Counted from the stretch's first letter, positions 23,942 to 37,659 are shown. The stretch: 42,522 nucleotides of DNA from Asterionella formosa (GCA_002256025.1 NKIB01014579.1:1-42522); one strand, 5' to 3'. A program made the numbers and translations. The notes: generated by a model not told the origin, from the letters alone.

Positions 23942-25433
23942 GTTTGATTTGTTCTTGTTGATTTGGGTTGCGCACGTGTGATGGAAACACCTTCTTGCTT
24001 TTTCGTTGTGTTTGTAATTCTTTTTATTACCTACAGGTAGTCTTGCCCATTGCTTACCGGCAATGTTTGTTTCTCTACCATCTGTCATTCAATTCTACAT
24101 GCAAGCTCCAAAAAATTCATTCGGTCATCATGAATGATGCCGGGCGGAACTTTTGGTAATCATATCAAATGTATATATATATGCCGGTATGACATTGTTT
24201 GCACTTTACTATATCCATGTATTCAAGAAAACAAGGGCTTTTGTGTGTACCTATCAACGGAACAATGTTTTTTTCACATTTTTTTATTCTAGATAAACTT
24301 GTTCAGAATGCAGGATGGATCTTGAATAAACACGTTTCATGATTCGGCGGAAGAACATTCTCATGATTGATAGGCGTATATATATTCATATATGAATATT
24401 ATCATGGTTGATCATACATGAGAATGCCTACGTATGACTATTCTGCACCAATCCATTTATCAATATGATTCATATTCCGGTATGTGTCATGTAAATGTAC
24501 CGTAGTATGTTCATATGGTGGTAGACTAAGTACCGTTATGTGTCTTGTTGAATACTATACGGTGATTCATATCCATTTGGAGAATATGATATACCCTATA
24601 CTTAGTCACACATTACCGGTAGTAGAATAAAGCACTTATTAATTAAACGTTTTTCTCTGTGTCTGGTGATGTATGGATTCATTGTGCGTGATTTGTGTAT
24701 TACTGCTGTTCATATATTGACTTTGTTATCCTTTCCTATGATTGATGAAGACCACTTGAGAAATTATCTACTATGTGCTATTATAAATTATCCAGTATAG
24801 TATACCACCAGTATCACTACAACAAATACTGTATGATGGTCTATTTTGGAAAGATACCATTTTGTAATAATCTTTATTGCTTACTAGGAGAAGGTCCAGT
24901 GTAGCTATATACTGGTAGAGTAATGTCAAGATTTAGTAGAGCATGCATATTAGTTCAGTCAAACTAATCAATCTTGAATAATATTTCAGCCAAAATCCTG
25001 TATTAAAATGCATGCTATGAGAATTTGAACAGCATTTGATTGCCATGAATTATATCAGTAAACCAAGGTAAATATTTGAATGGAAAATGTTCAAAGTGAT
25101 CAAATTTTCACTGAAGGAAAAGTATACATGCAATGCAGATAGCATTGAATATTTACGATTGTTCTACAAAGTAAGTGGAATTGACTTGTCAGTTGAGAGT
25201 TGAATGTCTAACAATCACACAATGAATATCTATGGACAAATTGGGGAGAGAACCTTAATAATTGGTCATGTAACGATAACAAGATAGATCAAAATAAGAT
25301 CACAATAAGGTGGGATTAGAACAGAAGGTTTTAGTGCACTGAGCTTGTCTAGAATGAGCTACCATAGCATTGTTGTAGTCAGACTGCAGAAGAATGTAAC
25401 ACACTTGCAAGAGGATCAACTTCGTTTTGCAAC

Positions 25434-26030
25434 ATGACAAAGGTGAGCCCATTTGCCTTGTGAAGTTTGATGGCAAAGGGATGCCAATTGGCATGAGTGG
25501 AGTGTGAAGAAACTTGAAAACTTGCACTAGTAGCCAAGACAAGAGGATTCAAGAATGCTTTCATAAAGGATAGTACCAATCCATGCAGCGATGCTGTCTA
25601 CGAAAATAAAGACAAAGACGATGTCAAGAAGATCTACAAGATGAACAATTGCGCATACCAGCTCCTGGTAATGAGTTGCACTGGGATTGCGTTTGGTTTA
25701 GTTAACCAAGCCAAGACAAAGAGTCATTAAGACGGCGATGCATTCCTTGCTTGGACCTAGCTACCTCAAGGCTTGCTATGCCCCTAATGCTAGAAGTGAC
25801 CTAATTTAACTGTCGAGACAGTTCAACAAGTGCATCTGTGAGGGGAAAACGCAAGACCCAGACGAGTGGTTCATCCAACTCAAGTTGTTGATGAATCGAA
25901 TGGCAACAATTGATTCTGATTATCAAAAGATGGATCTTGAGATGATTGACAAACTATCTAAGGAGTACTCAGAAGTGGCTGGTAACAATGGTTGAGGCTA
26001 TGCCCTCCCTGACACTAAAAGACCTCTTGT
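25434..26030 (+). mobile_element. Degenerate Ty1/copia (CoDi-like) gag fragment
   Basis: KFDGK..NWHEWSVK...AYQLLVMSCTGIAFGLVNQAKT..DGDAFLAW...DPDEWFIQL...KLSKEYSEV, with stops and frameshifts. Confidence 0.8.
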
Positions 26031-26340
26031 GGCAAGCAAGGACACAAGGCAGCCGATTGTTGAGGAAACAAGGAGATTTCTGGAATTAAGAATCTTGACA
26101 CTCAGAATTGTGATTGGGGAAAAACCCAATTGTAGCAAAATGTCGTTTACTGGTTTGCTTTTTCAGAAAATCATTCATCAACATTAAATTTTGATGATAA
26201 TGAAATTAATTGGCCAGCGCGTAACTGTTAGAAATCTCTAAATAATAGTACTAGAGAAGTCGAATTTCAGTGGCTGCCAGCACCGCATTCCAACAATTTC
26301 ATTTGCTTTTTCAAATAGTTCCAATGGAACCATGGTTATA

Positions 26341-28649
26341 TGGCTGGTTGCAACCTGAAGATCAATATAGTAGGATACGTAGACCTCCGTATAGATTTTC
26401 TTTTGCATCAAATAATGAAGAGTATAAAATTGTGACGCATACAAAAATTGATGCAAATTCTTTGATTAATATATATTGCCCTCCGCTCATTTCCACTCAA
26501 AAGGTATTTAACATTGATCTGTTGTCGTCCTTCATGTTTGTTGATTTTGGTGCGTGCTTCTTGTTTGCTTAGTTGCTCTCTTGTTTGCTATGTTTGATTG
26601 TTGACATAGGTTGCCTTGCAGAACGTTGTGTCGAAACTGAGAGCACGGCTGTGTGTTTTGAATTGTTTGACAAGCTTCTCAACACTGATGGGGTCCGCTT
26701 CATGTGCTGTTGTGTCAACTTCGGAGTCCATTCTGACATGTTGTTGTTTGTCCAGATCTTTCCAAATCTTGAAGTATGCACATATATATTGTCTTGCTCG
26801 CCTTGAAAAATGTCTTATCCTTTTTGTTGTTAACACTTTGTCTGTTGACAGGCTCTCTCGCACCACAGACATGAAGTCCTCTTTACCCTTTTTTTTCTTC
26901 AGAGAATCCCGACAGTAAAAATTCTTGGTGCAACCCCAAGAATACTCGATTCCCTCTCCTGCAACAAGTTCACAGTGACATTTCGGCGTTCGGTCAAGAA
27001 GTACTCCCATTTCCCTTCCCATTGACTCCAATAGTATCTCCTCTTCCTCGAAATCAAGACAGTTTCCCTTCAGCGACTTCAAATAAGAATCTTTCTACAC
27101 AAATCCATATGCATCCTGCTTTCCATTCAACGTGTAGTTCTCCAATCTCAATTCGTCAATAAATCCACGCTCCCAAAGTACCTGCAACAGACCCTTTGGT
27201 TTATTTTCCCATCCTTCGATAACTTATGCTTTAGTCTCTTCAATTGGTAAGTTGTGTTCTTGCGCCTTAGAGGACTGTATTGCTTGCTTCTTACCCTTTG
27301 GTAACATTCCTCTTTGCCTTAGTTGTTTAAGGAGCTCATCCTTTGTGTATTGTCTTGTAATTATTTGCCCTTCCAGTACCAAGTCATGGTGCTTTTGATC
27401 TTGTTCAGCTTGAGTCATCCAGAATGGTCCGGTGTCATCTATTCTGAATAACATTGATTGCATTGATTGCGTTTTTCCCAGCTATCAAGATAAGTGAGGT
27501 CTCAGGTAACCATGTGTTTGCCATTTTTCTCAACCGTTATTGGGCACCTCCATATGACTTAGTCATTCGTTCCACATTTAAGCCATCTTCTTTCTGACGG
27601 TTGTGCCCACAGTAGTGATCAAAAAGAAACAAGAAATCGAATTGAGGGTAGAGTACTTTGAGAACATCAATGCAATCTTTGAGCTGCAATACCATGATGT
27701 GCTGATAGGACCAGTAGCCTTCTGAGTTTGCCGCCCAATATTCAAACTCTCTAACAAATGATGTTCTGATGATTCATCATTCCCCCCTAGCAATTATAGT
27801 CTACTAGTTGCTTCTTTGCCTTCTTCTTGTTCTCCTTCTTTTTGTTGTTCACTTGTCCTTCACCTTTTCCTTGAATTTAATTCATCTCCTAGACCAGTTA
27901 TAGTAAATTTACTATTTGAATCAAAGGCAGTATGTAGAGTCACATCTTTCTCTAATAGTTTAGGTGAATTACTACTACCACTACCAGATGAATTTACGTG
28001 GCGACCATCACGAAAATTTTGACCATCATTACCCCAGCTTCCATTTCTTACTTAGTAGCCTCTTCAATGGAACGCATTTCTCTTCCAATTCAGATGAATT
28101 ATCATATTTAGGAAGCTTAGGAACCGCTGATACTGTCTTTCCTGTAATGTAAATAAATCTTTGCCTACTTTTGACTTTCGTTTGATACTCATGTCGAAAT
28201 ACTATCACCTTCTTGCCTGTGGAAATCGTGACCTCGTTTGACTCCAAAGATTGGTTTGGAAAAACCTTATTGAGATACCTTATCAATCTATTAGTATTAA
28301 ATTGTATGTTATCGCCAAAAGAGTACTTTTCGTGAAGATATTCCCTGAATTGATCGACCGGCAACCAAACACCATGAATGGCAGGGTCACTGATGGCGGC
28401 CATAACAGATATTGCTATAACTTTTTAAATATCATGTGAAAAGTGATTCCCCAAAAGCATTTCACTCATGACTATACAAACGAATATAAAAGCCTTCGGG
28501 GAATCACTTTTGCACAGGAAACGGCGACGATATTGAGCAACATGGTTAGCCGATCGACGCGATATTCCTTCCTACGGTAGGGATAAGGATAATAGTTTGT
28601 ACCAGCTTTACGTGGGCTACTATAATTATTTTTTTGATGCAACCAGCCT
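26341..28649 (-). mobile_element. IS630/Tc1/mariner-superfamily DNA transposon, internally deleted
   Basis: Imperfect TIRs tggctggttgcaac (26341) and gatgcaaccagcct (ends 28649), with TA on each outer side, enclosing a transposase remnant. Confidence 0.75.
26588..28403 (-). pseudogene. DDE_3-like transposase pseudogene
   Basis: EGWENKPKGLLQVLWERGFID...DFEEEEILLE...TPKCHCELVAGEGIEYSWGCTK (PKxHCELxxIExxWG motif), with frameshifts and stops. Confidence 0.85.
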
Positions 28650-28651
28650 TA

Positions 28652-29445
28652 CCGTAAAACCTAGTGTCTTGTATCCCCCCTGATACCTGTACCCCCCTTC
28701 GTACATCTGGCACAACACCCCCAAATATTTTATGTCTACAGAAAAAATAACAGCATATTATTGTATTCTAGCTATTTATTAATACATTTACTATAATTGT
28801 ATTCTTACCAGTCACCATCATGAAACAAGAATCAACAACAACACGAGCGATGCCAATGACATTTGCAATGGCAATATCCTTGTCCTGAGATCAATTTCAA
28901 AAGTCAAAGCTGCAACTTGCATGCTTGTTGTGGAGCGATTATCAAGCTGAATGCTAAAGGCTCAGGCAGTTCTGGTCTTGATGTTGTCGGCTTGCCGGAA
29001 GTGTTCACAGAATCATTTCGTCTGCTGCCTCATGATGCAGAAATATTTCGTGCATGTCATGATTCTGGTCGAACAATCATATAAGTGATGTGGTTGGCTT
29101 ATATTAATTTCCATCACGATCCAAGTCGTAGAGTCTACACAAGTTAATACCGTTGTAGGATTAGGTACAAATGGGTACACACACCTGGAATTACTATTGA
29201 TGTCATCACAAAACTCGGGAGCACCGGTGCACCAAAAATAGAAATTCTATTGATCATAGAAACTGTTTGAACTTTCAACAATATATCTTTTAATATTGCT
29301 AATTACGTTTTAGACTACGGGGAAACGGTGGTGAAGTTGGTTTGCTCGCAATGTTGGATTATCAAAAAAGGTCCGATGTCTTGTACTCCCCTCTAAGTAA
29401 AATCAGTCATGGCTGTGTACATTGAGGGGTACGAGACACCAGGTT
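28652..29445. mobile_element. Non-autonomous deletion derivative of the pogo family at 40570
   Basis: TA|ccgtaaaacctagtgtcttgtatccccc...gaaaaaataaca matches 40570-40669. Remnant SCNLHACCGAII matches the accessory ORF. Opposite TIR ggggtacgagacaccaggtt (29426-29445) lacks its last bases. Confidence 0.85.
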
Positions 29446-31035
29446 GTCCCAATGATTGTTCACATCCTCCATAATGCCTATTCTCTCAAGAACAATTTTC
29501 TGGAAATCTGCACCATTCCCATATACATTTGTTGGAGCAAATAACGTTCAAGCATCTCCAGAAAGCCACGCACCATACATCAGCATCTGTTTTCATCTGA
29601 TGATGTTCAGCAGGACTAATTCTAATTGGTTCTGATTCATTGCTCCCACTCTTTCGCTTTTTTGCTTGTTCCAATCCATCTCCGTTGCCATTGTTGATAG
29701 CATCATCCATCACTATAAGTTCTTGTTCAGAAATTTTCGTTGACAATGGCTTACTCTGACTGCCTGCTAAAAGCCTTGTCAATACACAATCTTGCTCCCA
29801 TGATGACACTTTCAACTGTGAAGGGAGGGCAGGAACAAATTTCAATTTGGTGGTGACAAAGCAGAAATAGCTACATTTCCGATTTTGGAAGGAATGCCGC
29901 CCTGTATACTTGTACTTGTTGGCCACCTTGAATGATCTCTAGAATGTTCGGTGGAGAACTCATGAGAGGAAGCACCTTGCTTGTTGACCACCCTTATCAT
30001 TGAAGCTAAAATAAACTGTGCTGCATCCTCAATTGAGTATTTCTGGAGCATGTACAATTGCAATTGGTCTGCTTGTAGCTCTCTTTGGCTCATGATGGTC
30101 AAATTGGTCAGATACGGCTACTTGCGGTGCACACTGGAGACAAAGTAGATCTGGAGATATTCACCAACATTGTCAGAGGGAATGAAGCCAATGTAATGAC
30201 ATGATGGAATCTGCATCCAACCGAAAGCAAAAAAAATATCATACCAGCTCTACTATGGCTACCCAACCTTTAGTCTTCGTGCACCCAGCCATATATACCG
30301 GTAGTGTCTTCCATATATCATCACATATCAAAAATGCATGCAGTATATGTAATACTGTATGCATGCATCCTCATCAGAATACCGATACCGGTACCAGGTT
30401 GTACCAGGTACAGTAAATACATACTAGGAGTCTTATGTGAAGAGTGAATTTCTATTTGCAAATTGTCCTGGCTGATTCGCAACATGAGTATTAGACGTAA
30501 GACCAGTATATGTCAAAAAGCGCCAATTTCATTTGCCTTTTTCATAAATTGTAAGTCCTACGGAACCGATACTACAGTACATGCGTTCAAAATTTCCAAC
30601 ATTTATTTGTATCCATCCATACATAGTTCCTTGTTGCATGCCTGCTGAAGAATCAAGTGAGGAGGATAGTACTGTACGCAAGCAGATCTTTACGCGCTCC
30701 CGGGTATATTTTTGTTACGCACGCCGGTCGTGTATGTATATTTCGTTCACTCTTCTTCGCTTCTTTCTATGCATGCTATTTGGAGTGCTTTTGTGTTCTG
30801 GCCATTGTAGAATGGTTGACCACATATTCGTACGCCGGTTTGACGATGATATTGAGAGCGATTGCTTGTTTCTTTCGCGCATCAAGAATGAGGAAAGAAG
30901 CAACAAGGTCTGCTTTCTTAACAAGCGTGGTACCGGGAAAAGTGAATACGTCACATTTTTTTAATCCTCCATAAATTCTGTTTTCACTTTTGTTCTCTCG
31001 TCGTCTTTTTTGAGACCGTTGACAACAAGACCAGC

Positions 31036-32667
31036 ATGTCGTCAAGCAACAACAATAACAAGAAGAATGATAATGCTGGAGGAGGGAAGAAGGAACCTCA
31101 TGGCAACCTGCAATTCCTTGGAGGTTCCGACGAAGTGAATCCTCTAGCTTTGTAAATTCACCAGCAAGAATCTCATTCACAACTTGGCGCATTTCCAGTA
31201 AGAGGACCAGGATTCATTCCACAGGATGATTCATTTTTGCATGTCGCCACTGCTCTTGCTGGCACTAACAACGTTCGGGATGATCATGGTCAGCCGGAAC
31301 CTAGACCTGCACCAATTCTCAATGAGGTTTTTGTCAAAGATCCTGAAATTGCCAGTTCCTCTATTGCTGACCAAAAAGCAGTCGAAAAATCCCAGTGCTG
31401 GCCTCAATGGTGGAGAGTCTTGGCAACAGTTTTGGTGATTGGCATCTTAGTTTCCATCATTGCTATTGTCATAAAGAAACTGACAGAACCAGGATTATCA
31501 GCAAGACCAACATTGGCTCCGTCAGCAAGCCCGTCTCAAAGTTTGTTTGGGTTCTTGGCTGGACATTCATTTGATAATGAAGCAGCACTTTCAACTCCTG
31601 GCTCCTCACAACAATTGGCACTGTCGTGGTTGCAGCAGTTGACACTAGATAATATGCCCAGAGACTATACTTTGTTGCAATTCTATGCCTTGGCAGTTTT
31701 CAATTATGCGACTGGTAATACACTTTCAAACAATACATGGCTGCAAGGTAATAGAACTGCTTCTCAATACGATTTTTGTGATTGGGAACACATTGGTTGC
31801 GAAGGTGGGCCAGATATCACTGATTTGAGTCCTACTCAATTATTTGATGGATCCCTTCCGCCCGAGATTGGACTCTTGACCAGTCTCACTCTTCTAGATT
31901 TGTTCTACAATAATTTCAATCGCACACTTCCCACAGAGATTGGTTTCTTGACAAGGCTCAATTATCTACAGGTCGGAATCAATGAGTTCACTGGCACTCT
32001 TCCCATAGAGATTGTACTCTTGACAAGTCTCAATTTCCTAAGCTTTGGCACCAATTCTTTCCGTGGCACACTTCCTACAGAGATTGGACTCTTGAAAACT
32101 CTCACTCATGTAAATTTTGACACCAATATGTTCAATGGCACAGTTCCCACGGAGATTGGACACTTGACAAGTCTCACTCTTCTATGGTTGCACAAGAATA
32201 AATTCACTGGCACACTTCCCACAGAGATTGGACTCTTGACAAGTCTCAATTATCTTGATTTGCACAGCAATAATTTCAGTAGCACGCTTACCGCAGAGAT
32301 TGGACTCTTCACAAGTCTCACTTATCTAAACTTTGGAACTAATACATTCACTGGCACACTTCCTGCAGAGATTGGAAACTTGACAAGTCTCACTTATCTA
32401 AACTTTGGAACTAATACATTCACTGGCACACTTCCCGCAGAGATTGGAAACTTGACAAATCTCACTTATCTAAACTTTGGAACTAATACATTCACTGGCA
32501 CACTTCCCACAGAGATTGGAAACTTGACAAGTCTCACTGCTCTATATTTGGACAACAATAAATTCACAGGAACAGTGCCAGCTGAGATATTTCCTGGACT
32601 TTACACAAGTCTCATTCACCTAGCATTGGAGAACAATTCATTCAATGGTTCAGTCCCTGATTTGTGA
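31036..32667 (+). CDS. LRR receptor-like type II membrane protein with one in-frame TAA at 31153-31155 (recent pseudogene or allele)
   Basis: ATG 31036 is in frame with ORF 31237-32667. GAFPVRG motif, TM VLATVLVIGILVSIIAIVI, Cys cap FCDWEHIGC, and about 11 plant-type 24-aa LRRs (LTxLxLxxNxFTGTLPxEIGxLTS). Confidence 0.88.
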
Positions 32668-33280
32668 CACCATGACAGTGGCCCATATGCGGGATGCACA
32701 GAATTTAAACAACAATATATAGTCAGGACATAGCCGTATTAGTTAGTATTCATATTCAGTTCCCTTCTTCTTCAATAGATTACTTCAAATAACTCATCCA
32801 CACAAAGAATACCTCTATTATAATATATTAGATTAGTTATCTGTGCTGAGGAGTGTGTTTAATATAGTCAAGTGATTTTAGCTATATCATAAGATTTACG
32901 GATATACATATATAAATATATTATGAACGACAAGCAACGATGATGATGTTGATAGTAAACTATAGTCACACTGCGGCAGGAACTCAATCGGCAGACAGCT
33001 GTGGAGTACTTCTCATGGCAGTATCTCATTACAGTAATTCATGCACCATAGGAGCGAGCGAAAGTGATTCAATTGCTAGATCAGCAAGACGACTGCCCAA
33101 TTCCCAAAGCTCCAGTCCTTTCAACAACTCAAGAATGGAACGCGTGGAGTTTTTGGGAATCGCCAAGGTTGCCTCTGGCATGATTAAGCCCAACATTGCA
33201 AACAATGTTGCATGTTGTCATATAATCATGACAGATACTATAGTAGTTGACAAGGCAATATTGCAGAAAATGATGTCAGA

Positions 33281-33313
33281 GGTGGTGGTGGTGGTGGTGG
33301 TGGTGGTGGTGGT
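33281..33313. repeat. (GGT)11 microsatellite
   Basis: Read directly from the sequence. Confidence 0.98.
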
Positions 33314-34269
33314 AAACATTTTGTTCAACAGCATGTTTGTGGATGGAGACAAATCAACGTCATGTACACTTATGTTGATCTAGTCCAAAAAATACCACCT
33401 GATGCTATGCAGGAATTTTAAAGAGGCACTTGAGGATTGTCAACTCTACCCTCTTCAAAGCTGTGTCGAGAAACCCGAACAATACCATACGATTGACAGC
33501 CGCCATTGGATCCTTCATGGGTAGATTTTAATCTGACAAGAAAATGGATGAAATGAGCTTGACATGACGTGCTGGCTATGTCATTTTCTCAAAGGGCAAA
33601 TTTATATTGGAAGGAAACAAGCAAGGTGGAACCAGCTCTAAGCAACCTCATGGAGGATTCGCAGTATGGGGAACACAAGTTATTTCATCATCACCAAAAG
33701 TTTGTGGAGCTTGGTATTGAGATTGGAACTATCGGAAATGGATGAGAAAAAGTCTTGGGGTCGGATTTGACAAAGGTGCATATTTCCGTCAATGCGGATT
33801 ATTGCAGTTAAGCATTGCTTATTTTTCAACCCAGTCATTGCACATGACATTACTAATAGACAATAAATAAACTGCATACTAAAGTTGCTATGCTTAATGA
33901 TGACTTCATATTATCATTACATTCTAGTATCGTGTTCATCAATGGCTTGTTTCTTTGCATAATTTGATGAAGCACTCTAACTAGACTTTATAGCAATGGG
34001 TGGAATCGATTCTAGAAACTGAACAAGACGAGTGAGTTGCAAATTAATTTGAAAACATTTAATTACATTCCTTGTTTGGTATCAATTCAACATTTCAATA
34101 TTTCCGCTTTCCAATTTAAGCCTTAAAATTATTTAATAACATGACGATGACATTGAGAGCAATTGCTTCTTTCACGAAAAAATGATTACATTATTATAAT
34201 TAGGATACTTATCCTCCATTAATTCTGTTCTCTCTTCGACTTTTTGATACCGTTCACAACAAGACCAGC

Positions 34270-34835
34270 ATGTCATCAAGAAACAATCATTACAAGAAGA
34301 ATGATGATGATACTGGCCTCTATGCTCATCCTTCTGTAGAAGAAGAACCACAGGAGGAATAGAAGGAAGCCACTGCTTTGAAGGATTCGGCAGCGATGAT
34401 GCTCCCTCAAAATGCCAAGAAAAAGTCTGTTGGATCTAGCAAAGAAATCCCGTTTGCAGAGGAGCCGAAAGTGGTTTACCAAGACCAGAAAGACAACACT
34501 TATATTGCAGAAGATACTTGCAGTTGTTGTGCCTCAAGATCACAATCAGACAACGATTCTTCTGACTGTCCTTTTAGCTCCTGTGGTATTGTCTACAGCT
34601 CCACCTCGACAAGTTGTGGCAGCACAATCACTGCAACAAGCACAACCTGGCGCATTTCCAGTATGGGGACCAGTGAGGATTCATTCCACACGATGATGAT
34701 TCCGTTTTGCATGTCGACCCTGCTCTCGCTAGGACCAGCAACGAGGTTCAGGATAAACATGGCCAGCTGGAACCTGCAACACTATTCAATGCTGGTCTTA
34801 GTTATCGATGATCCTGAAATTGCAAGTACCTCGAT
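34270..34835 (+). pseudogene. 5' fragment of a third LRR-family paralog (cytoplasmic N-terminus only)
   Basis: Leader acaacaagaccagcATGtc as at 31036, plus QPGAFPV and DDPEIASTSI motifs. Contains a stop and frameshifts and ends before the TM segment. Confidence 0.75.
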
Positions 34836-34948
34836 TATTGGATCATGGCCTGACGTGAGAAGCGGCCTAACAGATCATCGTCAATGACCACATTGAAACC
34901 ACACAAATGCAACTGGTCTGCAGCATAAGGCTGGTTGCATCAAGCTGT

Positions 34949-35176
34949 GATGAGTTGCATTTCAGTTTTACCGGACACTTTTTCATTTATGTAGATCAGA
35001 TGCGAGTGTACCACAGGACGGAATCCAGAATCCGTTCGTATGCCATCCTTGATGTCGAAATCGGCAGAATGGCGCGATAAATATTATTTTTTATTTCTAT
35101 ATCACATATATACCCTATATATATATTATGTTCAAGGAGCATGGTGATGAGGCACATAACCTGTAACCTGGTACCA
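34949..35176 (+). repeat. Second copy of the dispersed repeat at 16569-16825
   Basis: Direct sequence match with an internal deletion of about 30 bp. Confidence 0.9.
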
Positions 35177-35309
35177 GGTACCCTGCAAGTTGCGGTCATT
35201 TTGCCGAAAATGGAACGCGGCGCCGGCAAGCACTCATATTCGACTCCCCGCTAATATTACTTAAACATTTAGAAAACTCTAACGGTTTCGCGCTGGCCAA
35301 TAAATTTCA

Positions 35310-36255
35310 TTATTAAGCGAAAAAGAAAGAAACGACCTCTGGTGTCAAGGGAAGAGTCATGTTGGTGGAAGAAGTTCCTCACAAACGAAAAGCGCATCTT
35401 ACAATTGGACATGAACACATGGGAAGCACGACTCTTTCGCAAAAATTTTCGTCTTCCATTCGACATATTCTTGAAACTGTATGATATGACAATATCTAAT
35501 GGTTGGTATGATCCGCACAGGAAAGATTGCACCAATCTTCTGTGCAAGGACCTTGAGTTGCTCCTCCTGGGTGTTCTCTACACTCTAGCAACCGGTGCTT
35601 CCCATTTGTATTTGTATATTCAAACTGACATCTCTTAAGAGGTACACCGAAAATTTTTCATTCACTGGACTTAAAGTTTGCAGAAAAGAAGGATGAATAT
35701 GTATACATACTGAGAGAGGAAGTGGAAGATGACCAACTGCAACAAATTCTAAACGATTACAGTTCCATTGGGCTTCCAGGTTGTATAGGCTCAGTCGATT
35801 GTGTGCTTATTGGATGGAATCGATGTCCTGCCTACCAGAAGAATATATTTAAAGGTTCCAAGGGGTATCCTTCAGTAGTTTTTGAGGTGGTTTCTGATCA
35901 CAGAAGAAAGATTTTATCAATCAGCTACCTACACCCAGGAACAAAAAATGACAAACACATATTCAAGTTTGATGCTGCTGTTTCCAATCTACACTCTATA
36001 AATTCGTTTCTTGGCAGGCAAGAGTGGAATGTGCTCACTGTTGAGTCTTCTATTACTTGTAAAGGCTACTATTTCATTTGTGATGGAGGGTACCTACAAT
36101 GGCCAGTGTTGATTTGTCAAATTAAATATGGCGATGAACATGGAAAAGAAAGGGCATGGGGTATGATGGTGGAGTCAGTTCAAAAAGATATTGAATATAC
36201 TTTTGGTATATTGAAAAGTCGATGTGTTGAAGTTCACAACCAGCAGCAAATATAG
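35310..36255 (+). pseudogene. PIF/Harbinger transposase (HARBI1-like nuclease) pseudogene
   Basis: FRKNFRLPFDIF...GLPGCIGSVDCV...PGTKNDK...YFICDGGY...ESVQKDIEYTFGILKSR, with stops and a frameshift at about 35636-35700. Confidence 0.92.
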
Positions 36256-37659
36256 CTAATGGCAATCTGCGCACTTCCAAGCATGTGCACTTGAATGGGG
36301 CTGCCTATCCAATATCGAATATGGTCGCAAAAGGAATGCTCCTCCTCAGTTGAGTATTATGTTGGTCCTTCAGTCACCATTGTGATAATAGAGAGATGCT
36401 GGTGGTGGGAGCAGAGAAGAAAGGAGATAGGACGATGTGATGTTGACAATTTTCATTATAATTAATTACTATAATATTCCTGCGGATGAGACTATGGTAC
36501 TAATTTTCATGTAGGAAATAAATTTCAATTCTCGAGATCGGTCATTTGACGTATGGATTGACATACTATTAATCTTTGGGACCGTAAGGTGGCCATAAAA
36601 TTTCCCGAATACGAAGATCGAAGATTTTGCCGCGATAGCTTCGCAATATTCGATTTTCGTATTTCGTGCACCGAAGTTTCAGCCTACCGGTAAGTGGTTG
36701 TGGTAAAGATCGGTATGCACCATACATAGGAGATCGACGTAGTACATCCATCTTGCATCCCTGTACCGTATGCATACCGGTATCAAATACCGATTCATAA
36801 TGGTACCAGACTACTGGTACTGGTACCAGGGACCACCCTGGTACAATTGACTTCATGTCAGTTAATGGTTGTTAGTAAATAGCTACAAGCACGTACCGGT
36901 ATGTTCTTGAAACATGATGTTTGCCGGTTTGGTACCAGTACCGGTAACATGATGACAAAGATGATACGCCTATTGTAAACAGATAAATCACGAATTATAA
37001 ACCAATTGTTGTTTTCAGCTTCTGATATTATGGAATATGTCTACATGATGTACAACGGTTATGTGCGAACTACTCGGGTATTGATCCAGCAAGAAATCAT
37101 GGAGATATTATCGTTGCGGTCGAACGCCATGCATGGAGCTTCGTCCGCCGATTTTCAATTTTAGCTATTTCGCAATGAATATCAAAGCTACCTGTTCGTT
37201 TCTTTCACTACTTGCTAGCGACACGTGTATTCTATCTAAGAAACTAATAATAGTGTTAAGCAGTTACACAAAATCGAAAATTAATAATCATTTAATCATG
37301 GTGATGGGAAATTTCTCATGTTGTTTCGATTTATACATATAACCGTATGTTCATGTACAGCTACCGGCATAACGCTTTATGTATTCCCGGACATGTGCAC
37401 TCATTGGCGGGGGTCGACTATCATGTTCTTTGATCCCTCTCCTGTGCCCGCATCTGACCCCGACGGAATCTAGCTCTCCGGTAAAACCCCCCAATTTTTT
37501 TGGATTGGGGGAATGAGTTTGACCGTAAAATAGTTCTTGCCAAATCAAATTCTAGCATAATAATATTCAAAACGATCATGCCACGAATGAAACATAACCG
37601 TTTTCCGAGCTAGCCAGATTGGCTGCGTCACTCCAGAAAAAAGTATGTTACTTGTGCTA

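Noticed and set aside
32940..33383. 147-aa ORF with poly-Val
   Set aside because: The poly-Val comes from the (GGT)11 microsatellite, and there is no recognisable domain.
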